DNA of 64,000 nucleotides from an uncultured Armatimonadetes bacterium (GCA_963716175.1 OY970296.1:4160001-4224000); one strand, 5' to 3'; counted from the stretch's first letter, positions 1-10,503 are shown. A program made the numbers and translations. Notes: a model not told the origin generated them from the letters alone.

Positions 1-344
1 TTGATGAAGTACTCGCCCTCGCCGGTGCGGAAGACCCGGCGGGTGATGGTCACCTCGGAGAAATCGAGGGGAAGCGCGCCGTCGCCGTTGTCGAGAGTGA
101 GGGAAATCTCGCCCAGCCCGGCGCGCCGGCGGGCCTCGCTGCCGGCGAAGATCACGTCATGGGAGTGAGCGGAGCGAAGCGATCTCAGGCCCTGCTCGCC
201 CAGGCACCAGACGATGGCATCCGAGAGGTTGCTCTTGCCGCTGCCGTTGGGGCCGACGATGGCGGTGATGCCCGGTCCGAATTGCAGGCTGGTGCGCTCG
301 GCGAAGGTCTTGAAGCCGGAGAGGTCCAACTGCTTGAGATACAC
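1..344 (-). CDS. smc: Chromosome segregation protein SMC, N-terminal part (runs off the window)
   Basis: Manual translation from GTG at 344: [51 protein letters not shown]...DVIFAGS...[19 protein letters not shown]. Walker A and SMC head motifs; AAAGGGA SD. Not in the ORF track. Confidence 0.95.
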   Translation of the reverse strand, partial: MYLKQLDLSGFKTFAERTSLQFGPGITAIVGPNGSGKSNLSDAIVWCLGEQGLRSLRSAHSHDVIFAGSEARRRAGLGEISLTLDNGDGALPLDFSEVTITRRVFRTGEGEYFI

Positions 345-542
345 GCTGGATCCCTTTCTGCGACTGGTGCTGCTGTCTGTGCTGCGAACTCTGTTAGACC
401 CGCGCCGCAGGCGGGCCTCGGCCCTTCCCTGCGGTGCTGGTGTTTTACCGCATCTGCCTGGGCCTTTGCTATGAGGAGCTACCCGGCGCGTTAGTGCTGG
501 GCCGGTGTCAGCGCCGACACGCTCGCCGCGCCGGCGTTCGCC

Positions 543-1370
543 TCAGCCCTCCTGCCCCACCGCGACCAGGGCCTCTCTGAGGAGGCGCACGTCGTCCGCC
601 AGCTCGTGCGGGCGGCGCTTCTGGAAGATGCCCACGCAGACGGCGTCGGTCGGGCGCATGGCGCGGGCGGCGTAGGCGAAGGCTTCCCTAGGGTCGCTGC
701 GGCCGGAGGCCATAATCTTGTAGTGGATCACAGGCCGGGAGAGCTGCTGGATGAACTGGGTCATCTGCTCCCGGTGCTCGGGGGCGAAGTACTCATCCTG
801 GGTGATGTGCTCGGGCGACTTATCCCTGGGCAGGGGGTCGTAGTAGCAGCACATGTAGAAGTCGCAGTCTATGTGCTCCTCGGCAAAGGCGAAGATCTCG
901 GTCTTGTGCCCCGCCATGCCGCAGGGCAGGCCGGCGTCCCGCACCATGTTGATCACGGGCTGCACCTCCAGGAGGTGGCCGTGATGGTGCAGATTGTCGG
1001 TCTGGCCCCCGTGGATGAAGACGGCCTTGGCCCCGTTGTGGATGCCGTTGAGGGCGCCCCGCTCGGGCCCGCCCAGCTCGGGGCAGGTCTGCGCGATCCA
1101 CTGGATAGTGCCCCCCTCGTCCCAGTGCTCCATCAGGATGCGCATGATGTGGTGGTCGGCGCGGCCGATGTGGGTGGTGATCCCCAGGCTCTCGGCCTCC
1201 CGGTAGAGCGCCTTGCAGCGCTCGGTGGTGAAGTAGTGCTTCATCTCCCGATCCAGCGGGCCGTCCCAGTGGCTGAACCCGCTCTGCGGGTTGCCGCCCA
1301 GGATGAACCGGCTGACCTCGAGGTTGCCCAACTTGACCTTGGCGATCTGCGCTTTCTCCGCAACTGCCAC
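543..1370 (-). CDS. Aldo/keto reductase-like TIM-barrel oxidoreductase
   Basis: N-terminus KVKLGNLEVSRFILGGNP is AKR-like; start moved to GTG 1370 after AGGAGG. Confidence 0.65.
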   Translation of the reverse strand: MAVAEKAQIAKVKLGNLEVSRFILGGNPQSGFSHWDGPLDREMKHYFTTERCKALYREAESLGITTHIGRADHHIMRILMEHWDEGGTIQWIAQTCPELGGPERGALNGIHNGAKAVFIHGGQTDNLHHHGHLLEVQPVINMVRDAGLPCGMAGHKTEIFAFAEEHIDCDFYMCCYYDPLPRDKSPEHITQDEYFAPEHREQMTQFIQQLSRPVIHYKIMASGRSDPREAFAYAARAMRPTDAVCVGIFQKRRPHELADDVRLLREALVAVGQEG

Positions 1371-1432
1371 TTCTTCTGCCTCCTGACCCCCACAGCATGG
1401 ACGCCCACACGGGCGCTGGTTACTCTTGGATT

Positions 1433-2299
1433 CTACCCTGGCTTGGCCTTGGCCTGCCGGCGCTTGGCCGTCTTTGCGGCCAGCGGCTTGAACTCGCCCC
1501 ACATGTTCATGGCGCCGATGAAGCTGGTGGGGTGGGTCATGGTGGCCGCGGTGGCATAGGGGCGCTCTTTGGTCGGGCGCAGCTTGATCATCCGGGTGAA
1601 AGGCGGCTTCAGGCGGATCAGCCCGAAATCCTCGGCCTGGGCCCGGCGGAGGGCCCGCAGCGCGCCCTCCCGGATGAGGCGGCGAGCGCGCACCGGGTGC
1701 AGGTGGCGCGCAGACGCGGTGAACTGCCAGTACTGGTCCTCGCTCAGGTCATTCCCGGTGCCCGGCTTCACTCCCCGTTTCACGGCTACGGTCTCGATCC
1801 CAGGCACCAGGGCTTGCGCCTCCTTGGCGAAGGCGGCGTCTCCCGAGCCGAAGATGGCGCGCACCCCCAGCTCGCCGGCGCACATCGCCAGCTCCCCGAA
1901 CTCGCCGATGCAGACCCCGTTCACCGACTCGTCCAGATACTCGATGCTCTGGGTGTGGCAGAGGTGAGCATACTCGGTTCCGGCCTTGGCATGCTGGCCC
2001 ACCCAGACCACGAAGTCATAGGACTTGTCCAGGCAGAGGGGCCAGACCGGGTCGCTCCAGCCGCGGGAGATCTCGACCCGCGGGTCGAGCAGCTTGATGT
2101 TGATGCCGCCGGGGCCATGGGCGTCCATCACCATGATGTCAGTCGCCCCTCCTTCGAATAGCCCGTCCACCGCGGCGTTGACTTCCTCGGTGAGGAACTC
2201 CTTGGCGAGCTCGTAGTAGGGCCGGCCCGGGCCGGTCCACTCCTGGAAGTTGAGCACCCCAGCAACGCCCTCGAGATTGGTCATCACATAAACTCTCAT
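1433..2299 (-). CDS. dppA: D-aminopeptidase, peptidase M55 family
   Basis: MRVYVMTNLEGVAGV...EVNAAVDGLFEGGA...VMDAHG...VGQHAKAG...HT...GEFG. Confidence 0.88.
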   Translation of the reverse strand: MRVYVMTNLEGVAGVLNFQEWTGPGRPYYELAKEFLTEEVNAAVDGLFEGGATDIMVMDAHGPGGINIKLLDPRVEISRGWSDPVWPLCLDKSYDFVVWVGQHAKAGTEYAHLCHTQSIEYLDESVNGVCIGEFGELAMCAGELGVRAIFGSGDAAFAKEAQALVPGIETVAVKRGVKPGTGNDLSEDQYWQFTASARHLHPVRARRLIREGALRALRRAQAEDFGLIRLKPPFTRMIKLRPTKERPYATAATMTHPTSFIGAMNMWGEFKPLAAKTAKRRQAKAKPG

Positions 2300-2402
2300 A
2301 TCGGCCCCTTTCGGGGACAAGCAGTTCCGCGCGGAGACCGGCAGGTCCTCCTGGCGGGCTAGGGCTCGGCAGGCGTGACCCTCGGAGTGATCGCGCTCAG
2401 CA

Positions 2403-2431
2403 TTGACCGGAAACGCGCTATTTGCTAGACT
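2403..2431 (+). promoter_or_regulatory. Sigma70-type promoter of rex
   Basis: TTGACC-17bp-TAGACT with extended -10 TG. Confidence 0.6.
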
Positions 2432-2511
2432 GCCGACGCGAGTTACCCAGTTCGCGGCCCACGGCGAGGTAGCGTCCCGGCCTGGGACGCAGGGGGAAAG
2501 GGGAGAGAGCG

Positions 2512-3177
2512 TTGGCGCCCACGTCAGCGCGAGTTCCGGAGCCCACGGTTGCCAGGCTCAGCCTGTACCTGCGATTGCTTCGCAGGCTGGCCGCCGCCGG
2601 GGTGGGCACGGTGTCATCGGCCCAGATGGAGGCTCAGCTCGGTATCACCTCGGCGCAGATCCGCAAGGACCTCTCGCACCTGGGGGAGTTCGGCCGGCCG
2701 GGAATCGGCTACGACGTAGAGCACTTGCTGGGGCGATTGACCGAGATCATGCAGTTGGACCGAGAGCAGAGGGTGGTGATCGTGGGTGCGGGTAATCTCG
2801 GCTCTGCCCTGGTGGGCTACTTGGGATTCGCCAACACGGTCTTCCGCATCGTGGGCATCTTCGATAACAACTTCAGCAAGATCGGCCGCATGCTCTGGAG
2901 CCTGGAAATCCTGGATGTGCAGCGCCTGCTGGAGATAAACGCGGAGCTGCGGGCCAGCATCGGCCTGATTGCGGTGCCGGCGGAGGCGGCTCAGGAGGTG
3001 GCAGACCTGCTGGTGAAAGCGGGCATCCGCGCCATTCTCAACTTCGCCCCGACCGTGGTGACCGTGCCTGCTGGAGTAGCGCTGCGGCACGTGGACCTCA
3101 CGCGCGAGCTGGAGATCCTCTCCTATCTGGTGAGCCGGACGGCGCCGGAACCTCAATCGGCCCGCGCCCGGCAGTGA
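2512..3177 (+). CDS. rex: Redox-sensing transcriptional repressor Rex
   Basis: PEPTVARLSLYLR...SAQIRKDLS..GEFGRPGIGY; Rossmann GAGNLG; ILNFAP. Confidence 0.96.
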   Translation: MAPTSARVPEPTVARLSLYLRLLRRLAAAGVGTVSSAQMEAQLGITSAQIRKDLSHLGEFGRPGIGYDVEHLLGRLTEIMQLDREQRVVIVGAGNLGSALVGYLGFANTVFRIVGIFDNNFSKIGRMLWSLEILDVQRLLEINAELRASIGLIAVPAEAAQEVADLLVKAGIRAILNFAPTVVTVPAGVALRHVDLTRELEILSYLVSRTAPEPQSARARQ

Positions 3178-3281
3178 CTAATGATGTTCGCACAACGAAG
3201 TGATGTGCGAACATCGCCCTGTGCCTGTCTGGGCCGCTTCCTGAGCTTCCCCGTGTTACTTCATTCGGCGAAGTTCTTTAG
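3178..3281. mobile_element. MITE-like element A (double hairpin); second copy inverted at 12603-12703
   Basis: 3205-3281 is the near-identical reverse complement of 12603-12679; imperfect terminal inverted repeats with CTAA/TTAG ends. Confidence 0.7.
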
Positions 3282-3409
3282 AAGCTGTTTCATAGCCTTG
3301 CCAGGGGAGGTTATGAAACGGCACTGCACAACGTCAGGCCGTGGCAGGCGCATTTCATGCGAGGGCGTGGTGCGGCCAGCCAGCCGGTAGGTTATGAAAT
3401 GCGCTCTAG
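3278..3409. mobile_element. MITE-like element B; second copy at 13128-13258
   Basis: GAAGCTGTTTCATA...TATGAAATGCGCTCTAG recurs in the same orientation at about 13128-13258; imperfect terminal inverted repeats, TTAG/CTAG ends. Confidence 0.72.
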
Positions 3410-4075
3410 CTCCTCGCAGCAGGTCCGGCGCATGTTCGGCCGGATCGCCGGCCGCTACGATCTCATCAACTCCCTCATCAGTCTGGGCCAGAACCGCCGC
3501 TGGAAGGACCTGACCGCGCGGGCCTGTCGCCTCCCGAGCGGAGGGCTGGCTCTGGATGTCTGCGCCGGCACCGGCGACATCGCGCTGGCGATGGCCCGCC
3601 GCGGGGCGCGGGTGGCGGCGCTCGACTTCTCGGCCGAGATGCTCGCCATCGCCCGCGAGAAGGCCCGCGGCCGCCCCATCTTCCTGGTGCAGGCAGATGC
3701 GCTCGACCTGCCCTTCGCCGACCATGTCTTCGACGCCGCCGCGGTCGGGTTCAGCCTGCGCAACGTCGCTTCTCTCCCCAGGTTGGTGGCCGAGATGGCG
3801 CGGGTGGTGCGGCCGGGTGGTTGGGTGGTATCGCTGGAGACCTCGCAGCCGCCCTTTCTCCTGATGCGCGCCAGCTACCGGGCCTATCTGAGAGCGGCCA
3901 TCTCGCTCGCGCCTCTGCTCTCGGAGGGCTCCGCCTATCGCTACCTGGCCGACAGCATCGGCGCCTTCCCCCGGCCGAGGAGATCGCGGAGGCCTTTCGC
4001 GCCGCCGGCCTGCGGCAGGTGCGTTTCCAAAGACTCCTGTTCGGTGTGGTCGCCATCCACGCGGGCCAGGTATGA
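3399..4075 (+). CDS. ubiE: Ubiquinone/menaquinone biosynthesis methyltransferase UbiE/MenG (one frameshift near 3970)
   Basis: VRRMFGRIAGRYDLINSLISLG, LDVCAGTGD, AYRYLADSI; C-terminus PAEEIAEAFRAAGL...FGVVAIHAG is in another frame after the C-run at 3968-3972. Confidence 0.88.
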
Positions 4076-4260
4076 CTGCGCGGCGAACGGGCTCGACCGC
4101 GAGGGGACCTGGTTTGAGGCGCCGAACTTCAGCGTTCTGCGGACCAGCGGCGGGCTTCGATGCGAGGCCCAGGCTGATCACTTGCGATCTGGGATCTCAA
4201 ATCTGAGATTTGAGATGAAGCGGCTCTGGTCCGGCCCGCGAGGTAACGAACGGCTCCGCG

Positions 4261-5541
4261 ATGTCCGAGAGCGATCCAGAGAGACCCTATGCGCACGCCC
4301 GCCAGGCCTACCGGCTGGGTGTGCTCAACGGCATCCTGTTCAACACCGGAACCGCCTTCGTGGACCCGACCACGGTCCTGCCCACTTTCGTGGCCCGGGT
4401 GAGCGGATCGGACCTGGCGGTGGGCCTGGTCTCGGCCGTGGCCAACGGCGGGTGGTTCCTGCCCCAGCTGCTGGGCGCGAGACACGTGCAGTCCCGGCCC
4501 TACAAGCGGCCCCTGTACGTGCTCACCACCTGCCTGCGCGCCACCGCGTGGGTGTGCGCGATCCCACTCACGTACCTGCTGGCAGGCCGCTATCCCCTGT
4601 CCGCGCTGGTGGGCTTCATGCTCTGCTACGCCCTGGACGCGTTCGGGGGCGGGTTGTCCGGCCCGGCCTGGCTGGACATCATCGCCAAGACCGTGCCGGC
4701 CGGCCGGTTGGGAGCTTTCTTCGCCCACCGTATGTTCTGGGGCGGGCTGGGGGCGATCGGCTCGGCGATGCTCGTGAGGAACATCCTGGGCCGGGGCGGG
4801 CCCAACTTCCCGGCGAATTACTGCTTGCTCTTCGCACTCGCGCTGGGGCTATTCGCGCCGGGCTGGATCGCGTTCGCCGCGATCAAGGAGCCAGCGGGGC
4901 GGGTGGCCGAAGATCAACCCCTGCTGACCTTCCTGCGGAGCGCGCCGGCAGTGATCAGAGGCAACCGGGAGTACCGGCTGCTGCTGATCAGCCGGCTGCT
5001 GTTGGGCGCGGGGGGCCTGGCCTTCCCGTTCTACATCATCTACTGCCAGCGTGAGCTGGGGGTGCCTGACTCCGCAGTGGGGACCTATCTGGCGCTGCAG
5101 ATGGCGGGGGCCGTGGTGGCCAATCCGCTGTGGGCGCACCTGAATGATCGCCGGGGACCGCGCGCGCTGGTGGTGGCGTCCGCGGCGGCCTCGCTCGCCT
5201 CTCCCGCCATCGCCCTGGCGGCTGCGCTGTTCCCGCAGGCGGCCTGGTTCGGGCGAGCCTCCCTGGCCGTGGTGTTCCTGCTGCTGGCGGCGGCCGGGAG
5301 CGGCAGCTTCATCGGCTGCACCAATTACCTGCTGGCGATCGCGCCGGAGGAAGAGCGACCGCTCTACATCGGAGTCCAGAACACGCTGTTCGCGGTGACC
5401 ACCTTCCTGCCGCTGCTGGGCGGGGTGCTGCTCAGGTTCGGCTCTTTCCAGGTGCTGTTCGGCCTGGCCGCGGCGTTGGGAGCGGCGGGCGCGGTGGTGG
5501 CCTTGCGCCTTCCCCCGCGAGGCCGGTCTTCCTCAGCCTGA
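4261..5541 (+). CDS. MFS transporter
   Basis: 426 aa, about 12 hydrophobic segments, WAHLNDRRG motif; paralog of 32927-34228. Confidence 0.88.
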   Translation: MSESDPERPYAHARQAYRLGVLNGILFNTGTAFVDPTTVLPTFVARVSGSDLAVGLVSAVANGGWFLPQLLGARHVQSRPYKRPLYVLTTCLRATAWVCAIPLTYLLAGRYPLSALVGFMLCYALDAFGGGLSGPAWLDIIAKTVPAGRLGAFFAHRMFWGGLGAIGSAMLVRNILGRGGPNFPANYCLLFALALGLFAPGWIAFAAIKEPAGRVAEDQPLLTFLRSAPAVIRGNREYRLLLISRLLLGAGGLAFPFYIIYCQRELGVPDSAVGTYLALQMAGAVVANPLWAHLNDRRGPRALVVASAAASLASPAIALAAALFPQAAWFGRASLAVVFLLLAAAGSGSFIGCTNYLLAIAPEEERPLYIGVQNTLFAVTTFLPLLGGVLLRFGSFQVLFGLAAALGAAGAVVALRLPPRGRSSSA

Positions 5542-5590
5542 GCTGCTGGCCGCGGCTGAATCCTTGTCGGATCGTGAGCACATATAGGCC

Positions 5591-5753
5591 GGGGCGGGGC
5601 GAGGAACGGGGCTTTGCACACGGAATCCGGCGATCCGATGCGGTCAACCCGCATCGAGTTCCGGGTCGGGTGTGGTGACCCCCCAGCTCGCCACACCCTT
5701 CTTGGGGCGTAGGCACGGAAACCCCCTCTTCCGCGCCGCGCCCCCTTCTTTTT
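5591..5753 (+). ncRNA. Candidate structured ncRNA (long closing stem, two internal hairpins, U-tract)
   Basis: 5' GGGGCGGGGCGAGGAACGGGG pairs with 3' CCCCCTCTTCCGCGCCGCGCCCC; G-U pairs favour the + strand. Confidence 0.45.
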
Positions 5754-5766
5754 GGGGGGCTCCAGT

Positions 5767-6327
5767 TCAGGACGGGCGGCGGAGGCGGCGAGTGGCGACG
5801 ACGGTGCCGACGATGATGGCCGCCAGGCCTATGAACGCGGGCGCCAGGGCGAGTGCCGGCGAGATGGCCTGGCGCTGGTGGAGAGAGACGAACCACATCT
5901 GCTGGCAGAGGAGGCTGAGGCCGGCGGCCAGGCAGGTGGCAAGCCAGGCCATCGCTTCCTGGAGGGGCGCGTAGACGTGGGACTGCTGATCGGGCGGCAG
6001 CAGGCGGGCCTTCTCCTTGCCCGGGAAGTTGTACCACTGCGGCCGCTGCCGCAATAACGCGATCCCGACCAGCATGACGGCGGCCAGGATCAGCAGACCG
6101 AAGACGCTGAACACGTTCTTCGGGCCCCAGGCATCAACTGCGCCCCCGCGGCCGAAATGCGTGGGCATCGGGTCTGGCAACTGGTCCCAGAGAGCCAGCC
6201 CGTCGGCGAAGACCCAGAGCAGGACGAAGGCGCCGAGGGCGAGCAGCATCCGGGCGCGCACCCGGCCGGCAGCATCGGCGTCGCGCAGGGCGTCTTCTGT
6301 CGAATCGAGGGGATGGTTGTTGCCCAT
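5767..6327 (-). CDS. DUF1648 (SdpI-like) membrane protein
   Basis: WDQLPDPMPTHFGRGGAVDAWG motif; 4 TM segments. Confidence 0.82.
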   Translation of the reverse strand: MGNNHPLDSTEDALRDADAAGRVRARMLLALGAFVLLWVFADGLALWDQLPDPMPTHFGRGGAVDAWGPKNVFSVFGLLILAAVMLVGIALLRQRPQWYNFPGKEKARLLPPDQQSHVYAPLQEAMAWLATCLAAGLSLLCQQMWFVSLHQRQAISPALALAPAFIGLAAIIVGTVVATRRLRRPS

Positions 6328-6482
6328 GGCCCGTCACCCGCTCGTATTGTAGACCAGGATCAGGGAGAGTCAAGGACGCCAGCGGGCGCCTGGCAGAAGC
6401 GATCATCACCGAGCTGGGATGGGGGGATTGGGGGCAGGAGGCCAGCTCCTGCCCTGCGAACTGCCCAAGTGGGAGAGCGAGA

Positions 6483-7364
6483 ATGCACAGTTGTCTCCTG
6501 AGAGCCTTGTGCTGTCCCGCCTGCCACCGCGAGCTCAAGATCGCAGAGGGCGGGCGCGAGAGTGAGATCGTCGACGGCGCGCTGGGCTGTACGGGCTGCG
6601 GGCAGCTGTTTGCCGTGGAGGGCGGCATAGCGGTGCTCGGTGATGCAGAGTTGATGGCCAGAGTCTGCGACCGGTGGCCGGAGGGAATGCTGACGCCGGA
6701 GCTGTATCGGGGCAATATCCAGAACTCGCGGGAGTGGTACGCGCACGCGCCGCGGTTCGCGCAGTTCGTCGACGCGGCAGCAAAGGTGGAGGGGGTGATC
6801 GTTGATGTCGCCACCGGCCCGGGGGCATCGTTCTCTGGAGCACTGGTGCCACAATTGGGGGAAGGCTCGCATTTCATCATGAGCGACGCGGCGGTGAACA
6901 TGCTCCGCGGGCTGCAGTCCGCTTGGCATGGCGAAACCCATGTGGCAAGAGTGGACTTCCTGGCGTTCGATGGCCATCACATGCCTTTCCGAGACGAATC
7001 CCTGGACGCGCTCACATCGCGGAGCGGGTTCGACTGCGTCAACGCCGACCCAACCCGGAGCCGGCCGCCAGGCGGCGGCCGCGCCTATCGGGAGGGATGT
7101 CGCGTCCTGAAGACGGGCGGATACGTATTCACCACCACTTGCATCTATGAGGCGGATTCGCAAACCGCGACCTATCTGGCCTCGCTCGGGTGCGAGAACA
7201 CATCGAGAAGGACTCTGCAAAGGCTATGGTGTGATATCGGGCTTGAGGTCGTGTCGGAAACGGACCTGCTCAAGCAGAGGGGCAAGACCGATCCCGGAGA
7301 TGGGTTGCCGGTGAGCGATGATGACGGGTGGCGGGTGGTGGCGTATGTGTTGAAGAAGCGGTGA
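6483..7364 (+). CDS. Class I SAM-dependent methyltransferase with N-terminal Trm112-like zinc module
   Basis: LCCPACH...LGCTGCGQLFAVEGGIAVL; VDVATGPG; MPFRDESLD; RVLKTGG. Confidence 0.8.
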   Translation: MHSCLLRALCCPACHRELKIAEGGRESEIVDGALGCTGCGQLFAVEGGIAVLGDAELMARVCDRWPEGMLTPELYRGNIQNSREWYAHAPRFAQFVDAAAKVEGVIVDVATGPGASFSGALVPQLGEGSHFIMSDAAVNMLRGLQSAWHGETHVARVDFLAFDGHHMPFRDESLDALTSRSGFDCVNADPTRSRPPGGGRAYREGCRVLKTGGYVFTTTCIYEADSQTATYLASLGCENTSRRTLQRLWCDIGLEVVSETDLLKQRGKTDPGDGLPVSDDDGWRVVAYVLKKR

Positions 7365-7394
7365 GGAGGAACAAACGACACGGTGTCCCTTCTT

Positions 7395-7670
7395 GTCATC
7401 CTGAGCCCTTCGGCTCCGCTCAGGGTAAACTCCGCGAAGGATCTGTTCAAGAGGGAGGCGTCCGCTTCTGCGGACGCTCACGATAGGGAATGGATTCTTC
7501 GCCCGCCTGGGGCGGGCTCAGAATGACAAGCGGAGAGGGCCGGAGGCAGGCGGGGCAGGAGGCAAGCGCCGGCAACGGTCGGCGGCGATGCCTTCCCGCT
7601 TCGCCCAAGGCTTCGCAGGACGGGTCGGCATGGCCGCCCTACAGGGGCAGGAGGCAAGCTCCTGCCCAAC
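7395..7670. repeat. Cluster of REP-like palindromes of several families
   Basis: GTCATCCTGAG...GAAGGATCT and inverted GATTCTTCG...CTCAGAATGAC; CCCTTCGGCTCCGCTCAGGG; CCGCCCTACA; GGGCAGGAGGCAAGCTCCTGCCC. Confidence 0.8.
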
Positions 7671-7683
7671 GAAGCAGGTCTCG

Positions 7684-9072
7684 ATGCTGGAGCGAAGGGT
7701 AATCAAGTCTCTGGCGCGCATCGTCGGCCGGCAGCATCTGCTGACAGAGCCGGCCGACCTGCTCGTGTATAGCTATGACTCCTCCACCGCCCGGGGAACG
7801 CCGGAGGCGGTGGCGCTGCCGGCCTCCACCGAGGAGGTGGCGCGGGTGGTCAAGGTGTGCGCGCAACACCGCATCCCCTTCGTGGCGCGAGGCGCGGGAA
7901 CCAATCTATCGGGCGGCGCGGCGCCGGTGCGCGGCGGCCTGGTGATCGCGCTGACGCGGATGAGCAGAGTGCTGGAGATCGTCCCGGCCAATCAGGTGGC
8001 GGTAGTGCAGCCGGGGGTGGTGAACCTGCAGCTCCAGGGGATGCTCGCCCCCTATGGGCTCCAGTTCTGCCCCGACCCAGCCAGCCAGAAGGTGTCCACA
8101 GTGGGCGGGAACGTGGCGGAGAACGCGGGCGGCCCGCACTGCCTCAAGTATGGCGTCACCACCAACCACGTGCTGGGCCTGACGGTGGTGCTGCCGTCCG
8201 GAGAGGTGAGGCGATTCGGGTCGCGGGCCTTGGACTCACCCGGCTACGACCTGGTGGGCCTGTTCATAGGCTCAGAGGGCACCCTCGGCATCGCCACCGA
8301 GATGATCCTGCGGCTGCGGCCCTTGCCGGAGACCACGCAGGTGGTGGTGGCGATTTTCGATAGCCTGGAGGCCTCCGGCGCGGCGGTGTCGCGGATCATC
8401 GCGGAGGGGATTCTGGCGGCGGCGCTGGAGATCATGGACCGCTCCACCATGGAGGCGGTGGAGGCGTCGTTCCCTTCCGGGCTGCCCACCGACGCGGAGG
8501 CGCTGCTGCTGATCGAGCTGGACGGGCTGAAGGAGGCGTTGGACCGGAAGACGGAGCGGTGCGCGCACATCTGCCGGGAGTTCGAGGCCAGGAGGGTGGA
8601 GATCGGTCGCGCCCCAGAGGAGCAAGAGCGGCTGTGGGCGGCGCGCAAGTCGGCCTTCGGCGCTACGGCGCGGCTCAGCCCGGCCATGCTGGTGAATGAT
8701 GCCACCGTGCCGCGCACGCGCATCCCCGAGGTGCTGCGGCAGATGCAGGAGATCGAGCGCAAGCACGGGCTGAGAATCGCCAAGGTGTTCCACGCCGGCG
8801 ACGGCAACCTGCACTCGAACATCCTGTTCCGGCGAGAGGCGCCGGAGGAGTTGGAGAGGGCGAAGGCGGCAAGTGTTGACATCTTCCATCTCTGCGCGAG
8901 TGTGGGAGGAACCATCACCGGCGAGCACGGGGTGGGAGCGGAGAAACCCGAGTACATGAGCCTGATCTACTCCCCGGCAGACCTGGAGGCGCAGCGCAAG
9001 CTGAAGCAGATGCTCGATCCCATCGGTATCGCCAACCCGGGGAAGGTGCTGCCGGAGGCGCGCGATTGCTAG
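7684..9072 (+). CDS. glcD: FAD-linked oxidase, glycolate oxidase subunit GlcD family
   Basis: RGAGTNLSGG, PDPAS, GGNVAENAGGPHCLKYGVT, GSEGTLG, HAGDGNLH, GEHGVG, NPGK. Confidence 0.9.
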   Translation: MLERRVIKSLARIVGRQHLLTEPADLLVYSYDSSTARGTPEAVALPASTEEVARVVKVCAQHRIPFVARGAGTNLSGGAAPVRGGLVIALTRMSRVLEIVPANQVAVVQPGVVNLQLQGMLAPYGLQFCPDPASQKVSTVGGNVAENAGGPHCLKYGVTTNHVLGLTVVLPSGEVRRFGSRALDSPGYDLVGLFIGSEGTLGIATEMILRLRPLPETTQVVVAIFDSLEASGAAVSRIIAEGILAAALEIMDRSTMEAVEASFPSGLPTDAEALLLIELDGLKEALDRKTERCAHICREFEARRVEIGRAPEEQERLWAARKSAFGATARLSPAMLVNDATVPRTRIPEVLRQMQEIERKHGLRIAKVFHAGDGNLHSNILFRREAPEELERAKAASVDIFHLCASVGGTITGEHGVGAEKPEYMSLIYSPADLEAQRKLKQMLDPIGIANPGKVLPEARDC

Positions 9073-9132
9073 GGCGAACCGAGGGCTGTCGAACGTGAGG
9101 AAATCCCGGCCGCGAACAGCACGAGACGAGAG

Positions 9133-10439
9133 ATGAACGGCCTGGCGGCAACCTTGAGGCGGGCGGAGGAGATCGTCGGCGCGAGCCACCTGTTGACCGC
9201 GACCGATGAGGTCGGGAAGCAAGCGGTGGAGGGGCAGACTCCGGTCGCGGCGGCCTTCCCGGGGTCGGCAGAGGAGGTGGCCGCGCTGCTGCGGGCCGCG
9301 TCAGAGGCGAAGCTCTCCGTGCTGCTGCGCGGCGCCGGTCAACACCTCTACCTGGGCGCGCCCCTGAGCCCATCGGGCTGGTGGTGTCGCTGGCCCGGTT
9401 GGACTCAATCGTCGAGTACGACCCGGAGGATCTCACCGTGACGGCCCAGGCTGGGATGTCGCTGGGCGCGCTCCAGCGCGCGGTGGGCAAGTCCGGGCAG
9501 ATGCTGCCGCTGGACCCGCCGGGACCGGAGTCGGCGACCCTGGGCGGCGTGGCGTCGGCGAATCTGGCCGGTCCGATGCGCGTGCGCTACGGTTCGGCCC
9601 GGGACCTGGTGATCGGGCTGCGGGTAGCGCTCGCCAGCGGTGAGGTGATCAAGACCGGAGGCCGGACGGTCAAGAATGTGGCGGGTTACAGCCTGACCAA
9701 GCTCTTCATCGGATCTTTGGGCACGGTGGGCGCGATAGTGGAGGTGACGACGCGACTCACCCCGCTGCCGGAAGCGGGAGCGATGCTAGCAGCAGTGCTC
9801 TCGCCCTCGGAGGCGCGGGAAGTGACGGCCTGGTTGGTGGGCTCTCCCCTGGAGATGGCGGCCTGCGAGCTGGTCAATGGCGCGGCCGCCCTCCGGCTCG
9901 GCCCTGCGCTGCCCTTGACGGCCGGCGCCGCGGAAGAGGTGCTATTAGTGGGCCTAGCGGGAGACAGGGAAGCGCTGGCGCGCCAGCAGCGCGAGATTCG
10001 GAACCGAGTGAGGGAGTGCGCTTGCTTAGAGGGAGAGCAGGCCGACGAGCTGTGGCGGCGGGCGCGGGAACTGGCCTACCCGGCGCCGGGCGAAATCCTG
10101 GCGAGAGCCATGGTGCCGATTTCCCGCCTCTCAGAGATGATGGATCTAATCTCGTCGTGGGAGGGATGGTCGGGAATAGGCCGCGCGGGAGATGGCCTGG
10201 TGTACGCGCGTCCGCCAACAGGTGAGGCGACAGCGGACAGCAAGACGAAGCTGGATGCGCTGCGAGCCGCGGCGCAGGAGGCTGGTGGATTCGCGGTGCT
10301 GGAGTCGGGGCCGCTGGGGTTGAAGCGCGAGTTCCCGGTGTGGGGCGAGGTCGCGAACTGGGACTTGATGCGGGAGCTGAAGCAGGCCTATGATCCCGCT
10401 GGAATACTGGGATGCGGGCGCTTGCTTCCCAGGAGATAG
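9133..10439 (+). CDS. glcE: FAD-binding oxidoreductase, GlcE family (frameshift near 9361-9371)
   Basis: ORFs 9133-9441 and 9381-10439 join: EYDPEDLTVTAQAG, GGRTVKNVAGYSLTKL..GSLGT, LKQAYDPAG. Confidence 0.82.
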
Positions 10440-10451
10440 AGGGGGTCGGCC

Positions 10452-10503
10452 AAAAAAGGGAGGCACAAGCCGGGGCGAGGGGGGGTGTCGGCCTGAGCCT
10501 CCC
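10452..10503 (-). terminator. Intrinsic terminator with C-rich loop
   Basis: Minus strand GGGAGGCTCAGGCCG-loop-CGGCTTGTGCCTCCC followed by TTTTTT. Confidence 0.8.

Noticed and set aside
505-520. GTGTCAGCGCCGACAC as a LacI-type operator
   Set aside because: Single occurrence and no LacI regulator in the window
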